Of a stretch of DNA of 64,000 nucleotides, positions 63,936 through 64,000 are shown piece by piece. Below the pieces are notes generated by a model. The model saw only the letters and a list, made by a program, of their open reading frames with translations, was not told the DNA's origin and made no database searches. The DNA lies in NCBI GenBank assembly GCA_963693365.1, contig CAVNZM010000006.1, forward strand, positions 6,117,264-6,181,263. The letters are read 5' to 3'. Each line of letters begins with the position of its first letter. The first letter of the stretch is position 1. Made by a program: the position numbers and the translations under genes. The DNA is from Amoebidium appalachense (taxonomy: Eukaryota > Protista > Ichthyosporea).

Positions 63936-64000
63936 CTGTACCCATCCGCCTTTTGACTCGCCGCGTCACGATTATTCATAATGATAGAGTAGACAGAGAG

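Overview
Eukaryotic genomic DNA. Introns and intergenic DNA are saturated with poly-C/poly-G, (CA)n/(GT)n and (GA)n tracts, so almost all of the supplied ORFs are low-complexity artefacts. By manual splicing I reconstruct four intron-rich genes: the 3' part of a phospholipase B-like gene (+, 848-8772); an 11-exon, 370-aa protein with a probable mitochondrial presequence and a motif layout resembling phage/giant-virus OB-fold ssDNA-binding proteins (-, 21207-10864); an apparently intact 6-exon, ~1538-aa Dada-type DDE transposase with an inserted DEDDy 3'-5' exonuclease and two GC-AG introns (-, 34389-26472); and mitochondrial aspartate aminotransferase GOT2 (+, 39365-49449). There are also three intronless, TATA-preceded enzyme genes (CARNS1-like ATP-grasp ligase, GH114 hydrolase, TauD dioxygenase), a decayed LINE, MITEs, and a dispersed intronic repeat that is always sense-oriented and usually ends in poly-C. 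The most notable observations are the candidate virus-type mitochondrial SSB, the exonuclease-bearing Dada transposase, and many 3' splice sites lying directly on (CA)n with no polypyrimidine tract. The taxon cannot be determined from the window; an ichthyosporean-like unicellular holozoan is only a guess. All homology calls come from motif recognition, not database searches.
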